Assembly (NCBI GenBank): GCA_963730185.1
Contig: CAVSQW010000011.1
Coordinates: forward strand, 22,184 to 86,183
Source of the DNA: an uncultured Gemmatimonadales bacterium
Lineage (GTDB): Bacteria > Gemmatimonadota > Gemmatimonadetes > Gemmatimonadales > GWC2-71-9
Length of the DNA: 64,000 bases
Direction: 5' to 3'
The notes beneath the pieces are model-generated. The model ran no database searches, was not told the DNA's origin, and saw nothing but the letters and a program-made list of their open reading frames with translations. Numbering within the stretch: the first letter of the stretch is position 1; every line of letters starts with the position of its first letter. Both the position numbers and the translations under genes were made by a program. Positions 28,278 through 39,221 of this stretch are shown here, in pieces.

Positions 28278-29299
28278 GCCGGGTCGAGATCACCACGCCC
28301 GACCAGCTGCCCGACGAGGGCGGCTCCGACGCGGCGCTCCGTCCGTCGCGGCTGGACGAGTTCGTGGGACAGGACGCCGTCAAGGGATCGCTGCAGATCG
28401 CGATCGACGCCGCCCGCGGCCGGGGCGAGCCGGTCGACCACATCCTGTTCTTCGGCCCGCCCGGACTCGGGAAGACCACCCTCGCGATGCTGATGGCCCG
28501 GGAGATGGGGGCCCAGATCCGGACCACCTCGGGCCCGGTGCTCGAGCGCCCCGGCGACCTGGTCGGCCTCCTGACCGGCCTGGCCCGGGGCGATATCCTC
28601 TTCATCGACGAGATTCACCGGCTCCGGCCGGTGCTCGAAGAGTTCCTCTATCCCGCGATGGAGGACTACCGGGTCGACGTTCGGATTGCCGAAGGGCCGA
28701 ACGCCCAGACCATCCCGATGGCCATCGAGCCGTTTACCCTGGTGGGCGCGACCACCCGGTTCGGTCAGCTCACCCCGCCGATGCGGGCCCGGTTCGGGAT
28801 CGTGGAGCGGCTCAACTTCTACGACCCGGCCGAGCTGACCAAGATCGTCACCCGCTCGGCCGCGATCCTCGGGGTCGAGACCGCCCCGGACGGCGCCCTC
28901 GAGATCGCCCGGCGGAGCCGGGGCACTCCCCGGATCGCCAACCGACTGCTCCGCCGGGTCCGGGACTACGCCCAGGTCCGTGCCGACGGGGTGATCACGG
29001 CCCCGGTGGCCGCCGAAGCGCTGGCCCGGCTGAACGTCGACGAGTTCGGGCTCGACGACATGGATGCCCGGATCCTCACCACCATCATCGAGAAGTTCGG
29101 GGGCGGGCCGGTCGGGCTGGCTACCGTGGCAGCCGCGGTCGGCGAGGACAGCGGGACGCTCGAAGAGGTCTACGAGCCCTATCTCCTCCAACAGGGATTC
29201 CTGGAGCGCACTCCGCGCGGCCGGGTGGCCACCCCGAACGCTTACCGACGGTTCGGCTTCACCCCGCCGAGCGGCCAGGCCACCTTCTTCGACCGCTGA
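28274..29299 (+). CDS. ruvB: Holliday junction DNA helicase RuvB
   Basis: [12 protein letters not shown]..., Walker [10 protein letters not shown], Walker [10 protein letters not shown]. The start is GTG 28274 (coupled) or the upstream alternative at 28256. Confidence 0.95.
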   Translation: MSRVEITTPDQLPDEGGSDAALRPSRLDEFVGQDAVKGSLQIAIDAARGRGEPVDHILFFGPPGLGKTTLAMLMAREMGAQIRTTSGPVLERPGDLVGLLTGLARGDILFIDEIHRLRPVLEEFLYPAMEDYRVDVRIAEGPNAQTIPMAIEPFTLVGATTRFGQLTPPMRARFGIVERLNFYDPAELTKIVTRSAAILGVETAPDGALEIARRSRGTPRIANRLLRRVRDYAQVRADGVITAPVAAEALARLNVDEFGLDDMDARILTTIIEKFGGGPVGLATVAAAVGEDSGTLEEVYEPYLLQQGFLERTPRGRVATPNAYRRFGFTPPSGQATFFDR

Positions 29300-29410
29300 C
29301 CGGGCCGCGTCGGCCGGTGGCGGAGCGCCAGCCGCGGCCGTCCAGTGTGATGGTGGACGAAGGCTACCGTTGCATCATGGTGCCGATCCCGGACCGGATC
29401 GACTTCCAGG

Positions 29411-31150
29411 TCAATCCCCAGAAACTGTCTCCGCTGGCGATGACATAGCTGATCGGCACCGAGGGCCGATAGCCCTTTTCCCCGGCAGGTTCTCGCCCCG
29501 GAGCAGCATCCTGTTGGCGACGAAGCCCTTGAGTTTCTGCATCAGGCTCTGGGTGCGAGTGCCCTTGTCGATCGGTTCCACGTGCAGACTGTCGTACCTC
29601 GCCTGCAATCGCCCGGTGGAGCGCCCATTGGCGGTGTGGAACTCGAAGGTGACCTCGGTCGCCCGGCCACTGGAAAGCCGAATCCCATCCGCGGTCATGA
29701 CGAACTGGTTGACCTCCGGCATCGGAAAGTCCCTCAATTCCCCCTGCACGCTCATCGCGAAACCCCGGGGCCGGATCGGGACGACCATCCGGGCCCTAAT
29801 CCTTCCGGCACCCATCAATCGGGCCGAGGCGTCCAGGACCGTCGGCTCGGGCGCCACGCCGGACGAGTCGCCGTTGGAGACGCCCGTCACCAGCGCCGCG
29901 ATGTCGGAAAACCAGATGACGGCAGGCGTGGAGCGGGCGGGATGGATCTCCCCGTAGCGCACCAGGCCCTTCTTCACCCGGATCGAATCGATCCGCACCT
30001 TCCAGTCGAGCCGGGCCAGCGACTGGGGCCACAGGGTTCGCGTCCGCGGCGGAGTGAGCCCTCCCCGCTGATCGGTCAGCACATCCAGCCGGAAGTCCCT
30101 GATCTCGACCCGGCCGATCTCAACCTCCTGGCGCAGGACCGAGGCAGGAGAGATCCGCGAGGCCACGATGCCACCGGCGTTGATCCGGAGCCGACTCCGC
30201 CGGCCTGGGCTCCGCCTGAGCCAGTCGTCGTCGCTCAACAGCGGCTCGAAGGCCAGCGTGTCCACTTGAAGCACGTGTTCCCGGTTCGACCGGCGCAGCC
30301 CACCGAGGTATAGCACCGCCCCACTGTCGACTGGGGTGCTGCGCATCTGGCGCACGGTGACGACCGTATCCGCCTGGTCCACCCGCACCGCGACGTCGTC
30401 GAACCGGAGGGAGTCAGGCCGGCCGTGCGCCACGTGCAGCCAGGTGCCCGCCAGGATCGCGGCGGACTCGAACACCCGCCGTTTCAGGCTGTCGAGAGCG
30501 AGGCCGCGGATCTCGAGGGACAGGTCTCCGATCGAATCCGTGGCGGTCTTGCCGCTCCGAATGGTGCTGGAGAGGACCGTGGCGCGCTCGAAGCCGATGA
30601 GATCCACCCGCGCGTCCCGGAAGTCGTCTGGCAGCCACGCCGCCACCAGGTTGTAGACCAGGGAAGCGAGCGGGGGCGCGTCGAATTGCAGGGAGTCGGC
30701 GTCGCCGATCGCCACCAGCGCCGCTACCGATGCCACGGTGTCCGGCAGTTCGCGCACCTGGCTCACCACCGGGGCTTCCAGGTGCACCGTGCTGAGCCGG
30801 AGGTTGCGATGCCACAGGATGTCGCTCAGGTCCAGGCCCTCGAGCGTGACCTTGGGTGTAGCAGCGTCGAACCGGACGGCGCGAGAGGAGTCACGGTGGT
30901 CGTAGCGGATCCTGAGGTCGTGGATGACCAGCTGGCGGTGAAACAGGCGCAGGTCCAGGGCGGGGAACGTGATGGTGAGGCCCTCCGTCTCCGTCTCGCT
31001 GAGCAGGGCGAGGGTCCGGTCGCGCAGGTAATCGTTGATCGGCGTACGCAACGCCTCCTCCAGGCCGCGCAGGAACACGGCGGTCCCTGCCACCGCAATC
31101 ACCGCGGCGACGACCACGGCAACGCGCCACCGGCGACGGGGAAGTTTCAT
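29411..31150 (-). CDS. Hypothetical membrane-anchored protein (AsmA/DUF748-like, tentative)
   Basis: N-terminal anchor RRRWRVAVVVAAVIAVAGTAVFL followed by a long soluble beta-rich region. High GC3. The family assignment is a guess. Confidence 0.6.
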   Translation of the reverse strand: MKLPRRRWRVAVVVAAVIAVAGTAVFLRGLEEALRTPINDYLRDRTLALLSETETEGLTITFPALDLRLFHRQLVIHDLRIRYDHRDSSRAVRFDAATPKVTLEGLDLSDILWHRNLRLSTVHLEAPVVSQVRELPDTVASVAALVAIGDADSLQFDAPPLASLVYNLVAAWLPDDFRDARVDLIGFERATVLSSTIRSGKTATDSIGDLSLEIRGLALDSLKRRVFESAAILAGTWLHVAHGRPDSLRFDDVAVRVDQADTVVTVRQMRSTPVDSGAVLYLGGLRRSNREHVLQVDTLAFEPLLSDDDWLRRSPGRRSRLRINAGGIVASRISPASVLRQEVEIGRVEIRDFRLDVLTDQRGGLTPPRTRTLWPQSLARLDWKVRIDSIRVKKGLVRYGEIHPARSTPAVIWFSDIAALVTGVSNGDSSGVAPEPTVLDASARLMGAGRIRARMVVPIRPRGFAMSVQGELRDFPMPEVNQFVMTADGIRLSSGRATEVTFEFHTANGRSTGRLQARYDSLHVEPIDKGTRTQSLMQKLKGFVANRMLLRGENLPGKRAIGPRCRSAMSSPAETVSGD

Positions 31151-31428
31151 CTGGAGAGGTGCCAGGCCGCGAGGATGGCCGGGGCTCCCGCTGTCCGCCG
31201 CTCAGGCTGCGGGCCGCATGCGGCCTCCGCGTCGCGTCGCGGCCCCGCGCCGGGCTCACCGGCCGAGAGGTCCAGCAGAACGCGGTGCAGCGGACTGGTC
31301 AAGGTTCGGTCATGCCCGCACGGGGATAACGCTGTGGGCTTCACGCGACTGATCGACACGGTCACGCTGGGCTCGCCGCATCCGAGGCGTGCCTGGAACA
31401 GATCGATCATCCGCTTGAACAACCGCAC
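31147..31428 (-). CDS. Possible small hypothetical protein (93 aa)
   Basis: High GC3 by hand inspection, and an ATGA overlap with the downstream 29411..31150 gene. No recognisable family. Confidence 0.35.
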   Translation of the reverse strand: MRLFKRMIDLFQARLGCGEPSVTVSISRVKPTALSPCGHDRTLTSPLHRVLLDLSAGEPGAGPRRDAEAACGPQPERRTAGAPAILAAWHLSR

Positions 31429-31644
31429 CCATCCGCCGCTTTCGTGGCTCGGTCCCGATAGGCCGGGGGACGAGGTTGGCTTCCCCGGAGATCCTTATCG
31501 TCCGTGAATAGAAAGGAACACCCGACCGCGACCTTCCGACATTCGTCGTACGATGGGCTCTCAGGTCGCTCGGAAGAGCGATGGCGGCCGCAGCCGCCCG
31601 CCCCGCACTCCGTCCTTCGAACGAGGGTGTCAGCCCTCCGATCG

Positions 31645-31881
31645 ATGGTGACGCCGGCCCCGGCGGCCTATGGTTCGGAGGACGTCTACCCGCCGGGCTC
31701 CGATGCCCCGCGCGACGAGCGCGACGCCAGCGTGGCACCGACCTTGGAGGCACCAATGCAACACTCGATGAACGGCGTCAACGGCTACATGGGGGGGTAC
31801 GGCCTCTGGACGATCCTCGGTGTCCTGGCAGCTATGTTTATCATTGTCGCCATCGTCAAGATGGTGCAGAAGAAGGCCTAG
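31645..31881 (+). CDS. Possible small membrane protein with a C-terminal TM helix
   Basis: C-terminus GGYGLWTILGVLAAMFIIVAIVKMVQKKA. The start is uncertain (ATG 31645 or ATG 31756). Confidence 0.4.
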   Translation: MVTPAPAAYGSEDVYPPGSDAPRDERDASVAPTLEAPMQHSMNGVNGYMGGYGLWTILGVLAAMFIIVAIVKMVQKKA

Positions 31882-31898
31882 TCCGAGCAACCCGACCG

Positions 31899-34580
31899 TC
31901 AGTCCGACCGCAACGCCTCCAACGGGTCGACCGCGCTCGCCCGACGGGCGGGTCCGAAGCTCCCGAGCCAGGCCACGACCAGAAAGATCAGGGCGGCGCC
32001 GCCGAAGCTCAGGGCGTCCGTCGAGCCCACTCCGTAGAGCAAGGTTCTGAGCGTCCGACTGGCAAGAACCGCGAGGCCGGTCCCGAGCGCGATCCCGAGC
32101 AGCGCCAATCGAAGGCCGGCCCACGCCATCGCGCGGCGGATCCGGGCGGGCCGCTCCCCCAGGGCGAGCCGCACTCCGATCTCGTGGGTTCGCTGCGCCA
32201 CCAGGAACGACGTCATCGCATAGATCCCGCCGCTGGCGAGGAGCAGGGCCACCAGCGCGAACGCGCCCAGCAGGAAGGCGCTGAACCGGGGTGAGCCCAC
32301 CGCCGTCGCGACGACGTCCTCCAACGTCCTCGTGCCTTGCACGGCGAGCAACGGATCGAGCCCGGCGACTTCACGGCGGAGCGGTTCGACCAACCCGTTC
32401 GGGTCGCCGACCGCGCGGACCACCACCCGCATCGTGCTCCAGGCCAGCTGATCGACCGGCTGGTAGTAGGCCGGGGCCGGCGGGGTCGACAAGTTCCGCT
32501 GCCGAATGTCCCCGACCACGCCCACGATCAGGCGCCCCGCCTCACCGTCCCCGGAATCGATGTGGATCTCCTGTCCGATCGGATCGCGGTCGGCGAAGAA
32601 CTGGCGCGCCAGCGTCTCGTTGATGATCGCCACCGGCGGCGAGCCCTGCCGGTCCTCGGTGCCGAAGGCCCGTCCCCGGAGGATCGGGATCCCCATCGTC
32701 GCGAAGTAGCCGCGCGAGACCAGGCGGAAGTCACCATTCGGGCGCTCCGAACGCGGCGGGGCCTCGTTCCCCACCCAGAAGCCGAAGCTGATGCCATACC
32801 CTTCGAGCGGGACCTGCAGGGCCACCGCTGCCGCCACCACGCCGGGCATCCGATCGAGACGGTCGATCAGCTCCCCCAGGAACCGGCTTCGAGCGGCTTG
32901 ATCCGGATAGCGGGTCTTCGGCAACGACAGCGAGGTCACCAGACCGTGCTCGGCCCGGAAGCCGGGATCAACGGCCACCAGCTTGGCGAGACTTCGCACC
33001 AGAAGGCCCGCCCCGACGGTGAGCACGAGGGCCAGCGTTACCTGGGCCACGACCAGCCCCTGCTGGAGGCGGTAGCGACCCGGCGTCGCGTCGGCCCCGA
33101 GACCGTCGCCTCGGAGCGAGGTCGAGGCGGGGGTCCGGGTCAAGCGGAGCGCCGACACCAGGCCAAGCCCGGCGCCAAGCAGCAGGGAAAGTCCGGCGGC
33201 AAAGCCCATCGCGGTCCAGTCGAGCCGTACCGCGTCGAGCTGAGGCAGGGCGGCGGGGGCCAGCGCCATCACCGCCCGCAGCACGGCCCACCCCAGCGCG
33301 ATGCCGCCCGCGCCCGCGGCCGCTGCGATCACCACGCCTTCGGTGACCAGCAGCCGGGTCAGGCGCCACCGATCGGCGCCGATCGCCGCCCGGACTGCCA
33401 GCTCGCGGCCGTGGGCCGACGCCCGCGCCGTGAGCAAGTTCGCGACGTTGACCCAGGCCACGACCAGCAGCAGACCAACGGCCGCCAGGAACAGCCAGAG
33501 CCGCGGGCCGAGGTCACCGAGCATCGCGTCCTTGAGCGGCTCGAGTCGCGCACCCCATCCGCGCATCTGATCGGGATAGGCCTCGCCGAGCCGGCCCATG
33601 AGGACGTCCATCCGGGACCCGGCGGAGGCCAGGGTCGCCTCAGGCGACAGCCGGCCGATGACGGACAGAAAGTGCGCCCCCCGACTGGTGCTCACGTCGA
33701 AGTGAAAGGACAGCGGCAGCCAGAGCGTCGTTTCGGCGCTCGGGAACCCGAAGTCCCGGGGCATCACCCCGACGATCGTGTAGGCCTCACCGTCGAGCGG
33801 GAGGGTCTGACCGACCACCCCCGAATCGCCGCCCAGCCGCTGGGTCCAGAAGGCATGACTCAGCACGACCACCCGGTCCCGGCCAGGCGTCTCGTCGTCT
33901 CGGCGAAAGCCGCGTCCCATCGCGGGCTTCACGCCCAACGTCGCGAGCCACCCGGCCGAGACCTGGGCCACCGGGATCGACTCCGCCGGGTCGGCCCCGG
34001 ACCACGTCGCCCGGTCCTGCTGAAAAGCCGCCACTCCCGAGAACGCGTCGCGAAGCTGCTCCCGCCAATCGAGAAAGGTGGCCGGCGACGAGGGCCACAG
34101 GCCGGGGTGGTGCTCCGGGTCGGTGTCGTAGATCCGCACCAGGCGGCCCGGCTCCGGGAAGGGAAGCGACCGCAGGGCCACCTGATTCACCAAGCTGAAC
34201 ATCGCGCTGCTCGCCCCGATCCCGATGGCCAGGATGGCCACGGCAACCAGGGTGAACCCGGGGCGCCGGCGGAGCAGTCGGAGCCCGTAGCGAAGATCCA
34301 TCAGCAGCTCGTCCATGGTAATCCTCTTCCCGGAGACCGACGACCCCTTCGCCGTAGACCGGCGGAAACGCTCGGCGAGGCCACTCACGATGACGTTGGC
34401 CACGACCCCGGCCAGATGACGCCGAGCGGCCGCCCGGCCCCGCTCCCGGGCGATCGTCGCGTAACGCTCGGAGGCGATGCCCAGCATCTCGCTCCCGTAC
34501 CGCCGCCGGAACTCGCGCGGGAAGGCCCGGACCGCAGCCCGCACCACCGCCGGGACGCGGCTCCGAGGATCCGCCCTCAC
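31899..34580 (-). CDS. ADOP-family duplicated FtsX/MacB-type permease
   Basis: Two FtsX-like 4-TM modules with large periplasmic domains. It has the N-terminal cytoplasmic extension typical of PadR-coupled permeases. A GTGA overlap joins it to padR. Confidence 0.9.
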   Translation of the reverse strand: MRADPRSRVPAVVRAAVRAFPREFRRRYGSEMLGIASERYATIARERGRAAARRHLAGVVANVIVSGLAERFRRSTAKGSSVSGKRITMDELLMDLRYGLRLLRRRPGFTLVAVAILAIGIGASSAMFSLVNQVALRSLPFPEPGRLVRIYDTDPEHHPGLWPSSPATFLDWREQLRDAFSGVAAFQQDRATWSGADPAESIPVAQVSAGWLATLGVKPAMGRGFRRDDETPGRDRVVVLSHAFWTQRLGGDSGVVGQTLPLDGEAYTIVGVMPRDFGFPSAETTLWLPLSFHFDVSTSRGAHFLSVIGRLSPEATLASAGSRMDVLMGRLGEAYPDQMRGWGARLEPLKDAMLGDLGPRLWLFLAAVGLLLVVAWVNVANLLTARASAHGRELAVRAAIGADRWRLTRLLVTEGVVIAAAAGAGGIALGWAVLRAVMALAPAALPQLDAVRLDWTAMGFAAGLSLLLGAGLGLVSALRLTRTPASTSLRGDGLGADATPGRYRLQQGLVVAQVTLALVLTVGAGLLVRSLAKLVAVDPGFRAEHGLVTSLSLPKTRYPDQAARSRFLGELIDRLDRMPGVVAAAVALQVPLEGYGISFGFWVGNEAPPRSERPNGDFRLVSRGYFATMGIPILRGRAFGTEDRQGSPPVAIINETLARQFFADRDPIGQEIHIDSGDGEAGRLIVGVVGDIRQRNLSTPPAPAYYQPVDQLAWSTMRVVVRAVGDPNGLVEPLRREVAGLDPLLAVQGTRTLEDVVATAVGSPRFSAFLLGAFALVALLLASGGIYAMTSFLVAQRTHEIGVRLALGERPARIRRAMAWAGLRLALLGIALGTGLAVLASRTLRTLLYGVGSTDALSFGGAALIFLVVAWLGSFGPARRASAVDPLEALRSD

Positions 34581-34930
34581 CGCGGCGTCTCCGTCCCCAG
34601 CAGCCGCCGCGATCGCGCCTGGCGGACCACGGCCGCCAGGCGCCGGGCCTCCGCCCGGGCGACCTCGCGGCCCAGCGCCGTGATCCGGTAGTTCCTCCGC
34701 CGGGACTCGTCCCCGATCGTCGCCGACCCCGAGTCCGCGATCAGGCCCTGCTCGGTCAGCCGGCCGATCAGCCGGTAGAGCGACCCGACCTCGAGGACCA
34801 CCGCCCCGCCGGAGTCGGCCTCGACCCGCTGCATGATCCCATACCCGTGGAGGTCGCCTTCGAGCAGCACCATGAGGATCTGGAAATCGGCCGGCTTGAG
34901 CGGGAGGAACCGATCGGCGGAGGGTGGCAT
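34577..34930 (-). CDS. PadR-family transcriptional regulator
   Basis: [27 protein letters not shown]...[16 protein letters not shown]...[11 protein letters not shown]. Confidence 0.9.
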   Translation of the reverse strand: MPPSADRFLPLKPADFQILMVLLEGDLHGYGIMQRVEADSGGAVVLEVGSLYRLIGRLTEQGLIADSGSATIGDESRRRNYRITALGREVARAEARRLAAVVRQARSRRLLGTETPR

Positions 34931-34985
34931 GAAGACCGTCTCTGCGAATAGAAGTATTTTACTTATACCAACCGATCGGTCCCCT
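34931..34985 (-). promoter_or_regulatory. AT-rich promoter/operator region of the padR-permease operon
   Basis: The only AT-rich stretch locally (ctgcgaatagaagtattttacttatacca). It contains the inverted repeat AAGTA-TTT-TACTT (34952-34964). Confidence 0.35.
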
Positions 34986-35121
34986 CGCAAGGGGCAGCCG
35001 GGACGCCAGTGAGACACCCGGCCCGCCGCGATCGTTGGCCGGGTCCCGGAGCGAGCGCGCGGTCTTGCCCCCGGGGACGGGCTCCCGGTTTCTTCCGGGC
35101 GATGACCGGTACCCGTCTCGC

Positions 35122-36169
35122 GTGAGCGACCCACCGTCCCCCGCCCTTCGCACGGCGGACTTCGACTACGCCCTGCCGCCGGAGCTCATCGCCCAGACGC
35201 CGAGCCCGATCCGGGGCGAGAGCCGCCTGCTGGTGGTCCGCCGGGAGGGCGCCCCGGCGCTGGAGGACCGTCGCTTCGGCGAGCTGGCCGACCTGATTCC
35301 ATCAGGGGACCTGCGTGATCCTGAACCGGACCCGCGTCCGCCACGCTCGGCTGCTCGGCACCCGGCCGTCGGGCGCGCCGGCCGAGGTCCTGCTGCTCCA
35401 CCCGGCAACCGACGGGACCTGGGTCGCGATGGGCAAGCCCGGGAGCGCCCTCCGTCCCGGCCGGCGGATCAGGTTGGGTGCGAACGTCGAGGTGGAGACG
35501 CTCGAGGTGCTCGACGGCCCCAACCGCCGGGTCCGGTTCGTCGGGGCCACGGCGGAGGAGGCCATGGCGCGCTTCGGCCGACTCCCGCTCCCACCCTACA
35601 TCGACCACGATCCCACGGCGGTCGACGAAGACCGCTACCAGACCGTCTTCGCCGATCGGGAGTCGAGCGTGGCGGCGCCGACGGCGGGGCTCCACTTCAC
35701 CGAGGCGCTTCTCACCGGCCTCGAGACCCGCGGCGTGGAGCTGGCCCGGCTGGAGCTCGAGGTCGGGCCGGGCACCTTTCGCCCGGTGGAGACCGACGAC
35801 CCTCGCCACCATCCGATGCATCGCGAGGGGTACGAGATCCCGCCCGAGCTGCCGGACGCGATCGCGCGGACCCGCGAGCGGGGCGGCCGGATCTGGGCGA
35901 TCGGCACGACGGTGGTGCGGGCCCTCGAGGCCGCGGCCGAGTCCGGCGAGGTCCGGGCGGGCCGGGCCGAAACGTCGCTCCTGATCCTCCCGGGATCCCG
36001 CTTTCGGGTCGTGGACCGGCTGGTCACCAACTTCCACCTGCCCCGGTCCACGCTCCTGATGCTGGTGAGCGCCCTGGGCGGCACCGAGCGGATCCGGGCC
36101 GCCTACCGCCACGCCGTCGAGGCGCGGTACCGGTTCTACAGCTACGGCGACGCGATGGCGATCCTCTAG
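35122..36169 (+). pseudogene. queA: S-adenosylmethionine:tRNA ribosyltransferase-isomerase (QueA) with a +1 frameshift at 35314
   Basis: The N-terminus (frame of ORF 35035) reads FDYALPPELIAQTPSPIRGESRLLVV...LIPSGDL. It continues in ORF 35315 as VILNRTRVRHARL...PLPPYI...AAPTAGLHFT...GTTVVRALE. The junction is gac ctg C gtg atc. Confidence 0.8.
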
Positions 36170-37368
36170 CCCCCGCCGCCGAACTCCACCCCGTGGCGCT
36201 CCCGCCCGAGCCACGCGGCGATCGCCGCCAGGACGAATACGGTCCCGGCGGTGAGCGCCATGGCGTTGGCGTACGAGGTTCGCTCGGCGAACACCGCCTC
36301 GAGGTACGCCACGGTCCCCGCCAGGGCCACCCCGCACTGATAGGCGAAGCCGGGAAGGAAGCCCCGGACCGCATCGGGTGACATCTCGGTGATGTGGGCC
36401 GGGATCACCCCCCAGGCGCCCTGGACCAGCATCTGAATCAGGAACGCGCCGGGCCAGAGCCAGATCAGCGACGGCGGATAGGCCCAGAGCGGGATCACCA
36501 CCAAGGCGAGCACCAAGGCCAGCACGATCGTCTTCCGACGGCCCAACCGGTCCGACAGATGACCGAAGACCACCCCGCCGATCAGGGCGCCGACCATCGA
36601 GACGATGGTGATCAACATCCGCTCCCGCCCCGCGATCCCGAAGGAGCGCTGCAGGAAGGTCGGGTACATGTCCTGAGTGCTGTGGGCCACGAAGTTCATC
36701 GTCATCAGGAACACGACCAGGTACAGATAGAGCTTCCAGTTCGAGACGATCGCCCGGCCGAGCTGCCCCCAGTCGTGATGCCGGGTCTTCTGCCAGACCT
36801 CCGACTCGCTCACCCGGAAACGGACGAACACCGCCAGGAGCGCCGGCAGCCCGCCGATGAAGAAGAGCGGCCGCCAGCCGAACTTGGGGAACACGAAGAG
36901 GTAGCAGAGGGCCGCCAGGAGATAGCCGCAGGCGTATCCCTCCTGGAGGAGCCCGGAGAGAATCCCCCGGCGGGCGTGGGGTGCCTTTTCCATCGCCAGC
37001 GAGGCGCCGACCCCCCACTCGCCGCCCATCCCGATGCCGAAGAGCGCGCGGAGCACCAGGAAGGTCTCGTAGTTCGGCGCCAGCCCGGAGGCCACCTCGA
37101 TGATGGAGAAGAACACCAGGTTCAGCATCAAGGGGAGGCGCCGCCCGTACCGGTCGGCCATCAGCCCGAAGATGAAGGCGCCGACCGGACGGAACGCCAA
37201 GGTGATCGTGATGGTGAGCGCGATGTCCCGGTCGGGGCGGCCGAATTCCTGCGCGATGGCGGTCAGCGAGACCACCACCAGGAAGTAGTCGAAGGCGTCG
37301 AGGGTCCAGCCCAGGAAGCTGGCCAGCACGGCGGCCCCGGCGGAGTCGTGACGGCGTGGTTTGCTCAT
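36166..37368 (-). CDS. MFS transporter
   Basis: The ATG at 37368 (MSKPRRHDSAGAAVLASFLGWTLDAFDYF...). Twelve TM-like segments and the MFS loop motif GLMADRYGRR. Confidence 0.85.
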   Translation of the reverse strand: MSKPRRHDSAGAAVLASFLGWTLDAFDYFLVVVSLTAIAQEFGRPDRDIALTITITLAFRPVGAFIFGLMADRYGRRLPLMLNLVFFSIIEVASGLAPNYETFLVLRALFGIGMGGEWGVGASLAMEKAPHARRGILSGLLQEGYACGYLLAALCYLFVFPKFGWRPLFFIGGLPALLAVFVRFRVSESEVWQKTRHHDWGQLGRAIVSNWKLYLYLVVFLMTMNFVAHSTQDMYPTFLQRSFGIAGRERMLITIVSMVGALIGGVVFGHLSDRLGRRKTIVLALVLALVVIPLWAYPPSLIWLWPGAFLIQMLVQGAWGVIPAHITEMSPDAVRGFLPGFAYQCGVALAGTVAYLEAVFAERTSYANAMALTAGTVFVLAAIAAWLGRERHGVEFGGGG

Positions 37369-37564
37369 GCGACCAAGTCGCCGGCGGGGGACGCCGGGTC
37401 GGGCGAGGTTGGCTGTGCGAGCGTGAGGCACCGCGAGCGGGCGCGCCGGGCCCAATCTGGGCTCTCCCGGACCGGACCGCCAGGGCGGCTGGCCGCGACG
37501 CTCCGCGGCGGAGATATTCCCAACCTTCCCGATCGACCCCACCCAAGCGAGGTCCTCGATCCCG

Positions 37565-38335
37565 ATGCTTCAGGCAAGCACCACGGGACCTGCGAACCGG
37601 TCCAGCGTCGTCTTCTTGCACGGCGCCGGCGTTGCCGGGTGGATGTGGCGTGACCAGGTTGCCGGTCTCGACCAATTCCGCTGCATCGTGCCCGACCTGC
37701 CGGGACACGGGATGAGCCGCTCGACACCGTGGCAGGGGATCGACCGAGCCGCCGGCGAGGTCGCCGAGCTGATTCGGGCCCGGGCTCGAGAGGGACGCGC
37801 CCACGTGGTGGGGTTGAGCCTCGGGGGGCACGTCGCGCTCCAGTTGGTCGCCCACTACCCTGACCTGGTGGATCGGGTGCTGGTGAGCGGCACCTTGGTC
37901 ACCGGGCTCACTGGAGCGCGAATCCTCGCCGGCCTGGCGGCGCTCACCCTCCCGTTGGGCCGGATCGGCTGGATGACGACCCTGAGCGCCCGGGCCCTGC
38001 ACGTGCCGGCGCTCGATCGGGAGGCTCACCGCCAAGCAGCTCTGTCGCTCACCCCAGAGCTGCTTCGTCGGACGGTCCTGGACGTCGCCGAGTATCGTCC
38101 GCCACCGATCCTCGCGAGCCGCCTCCACTCGGTCTTGGTGCTGGCCGGCACCCGAGAGCACCGTCGAATCCGCGCCAGCGTCGCGGTCCTCACGTCGCTC
38201 CTTCCCAACGCCGTCGGCGGGCTCGTCCCCGGCGCGGCCCACACCTGGAACTGGCAGCGACCCGAGGCCTTCACCGGAACCGTCCGCGATTGGCTCGCGT
38301 CCGGCCAGACTCCCGCCGGCCTCAGGCCGGCGTGA
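37565..38335 (+). CDS. Alpha/beta hydrolase
   Basis: VVFLHGAGVAGWMW and the nucleophile elbow GLSLGG. Confidence 0.8.
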   Translation: MLQASTTGPANRSSVVFLHGAGVAGWMWRDQVAGLDQFRCIVPDLPGHGMSRSTPWQGIDRAAGEVAELIRARAREGRAHVVGLSLGGHVALQLVAHYPDLVDRVLVSGTLVTGLTGARILAGLAALTLPLGRIGWMTTLSARALHVPALDREAHRQAALSLTPELLRRTVLDVAEYRPPPILASRLHSVLVLAGTREHRRIRASVAVLTSLLPNAVGGLVPGAAHTWNWQRPEAFTGTVRDWLASGQTPAGLRPA

Positions 38336-38402
38336 CCCGCCCCTGGCCGGGAGCGTCCCCGGCCGACTAGGTTCGCGAGCGTCTCGACCGGGAGCGTCCT
38401 TC

Positions 38403-39131
38403 ATGTCCGAACGGCTCGCCATCGTCACGGGAACCAGTGCCGGCATCGGCCGGGCCCTCGCGGAGCTGCTCCTGAGTCGGCAGTGGTCGGTCGTCGGCAT
38501 CAGCCGGAGCGGCGTCGACTTTCCCCGGCCAGGCTACCGACACCTGACTCATGACTTGAGCGACACGGCCGGGCTCGAATCGGCCCTTGGCCCCGCCCTG
38601 CTCGCCGAGCTGGCGGCGGCCCCGTGGCAACGAATCGGCTTGGTGAACAACGCGGCCGCGATCGGCCAGCTCCGGCCGATCGACCATTGGGAGCCGGCCA
38701 AGCAGCTCCGGGCCTACGCCACCAACGTGGTTGCCCCGACCTGGCTGATGGGGTGGCTGGGCCGGACCGTGCCGGCCGATCGGAGCCTCCGGATCGTCAA
38801 CGTGTCGTCCGGCGCGTCCGGCCTCCCGATTCCCGGGCTGGGCGACTACGGCAGCAGCAAGGCGGCGCTCCGCCACGTGGGCGCGACCTTCGCGGCCGAG
38901 CACGAGGGCCGCGACCTGGCGGTGCTGAGCTACGAGCCCGGAGTGGTCGAGACGGCGATGCAGGAGACGGCCCGGGCCCAGTCGCCGGCCGACTTCCCGT
39001 CCCAGCCCCTGTTCATCGAGTTCGCCCGGTCGGGGCAGAGTGCCACCCCGGCCCAGGTGGTTCCGACGATCGCCGATTTCCTCGAAAAGGTGGAGACCCG
39101 GGGCTTCTCGGAGGCCCGCTTCGGCGGGTAG
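38403..39131 (+). CDS. Short-chain dehydrogenase/reductase (SDR)
   Basis: IVTGTSAGIGRALA (TGxxxGxG), NNAA, and YGSSK (YxxxK). Confidence 0.85.
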   Translation: MSERLAIVTGTSAGIGRALAELLLSRQWSVVGISRSGVDFPRPGYRHLTHDLSDTAGLESALGPALLAELAAAPWQRIGLVNNAAAIGQLRPIDHWEPAKQLRAYATNVVAPTWLMGWLGRTVPADRSLRIVNVSSGASGLPIPGLGDYGSSKAALRHVGATFAAEHEGRDLAVLSYEPGVVETAMQETARAQSPADFPSQPLFIEFARSGQSATPAQVVPTIADFLEKVETRGFSEARFGG

Positions 39132-39221
39132 CTCGGGGCGCGGGCGTCGGGGACCGGGCCGCATTACTTTCCGGGATCGTTTCCCGACTCTTTCGACCTC
39201 GACACGCATCGGTCCGGTCCC

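Noticed and set aside
31733-31748. TGGCAC-N5-TTGGA as a second sigma-54 promoter
   Set aside because: The -12 element deviates (TTGG rather than TTGC). It is only about 8 nt from the candidate ATG and may lie inside coding sequence if the ORF starts at 31645. It is kept only as a note in a finding.
35186-38500. 1104-aa minus-strand ORF, the longest in the window
   Set aside because: It is antisense to queA, the MFS transporter (in a different frame) and the hydrolase and SDR genes. Its composition is dominated by R/G/P/A/D with no recognisable motif. This is a typical high-GC shadow ORF.
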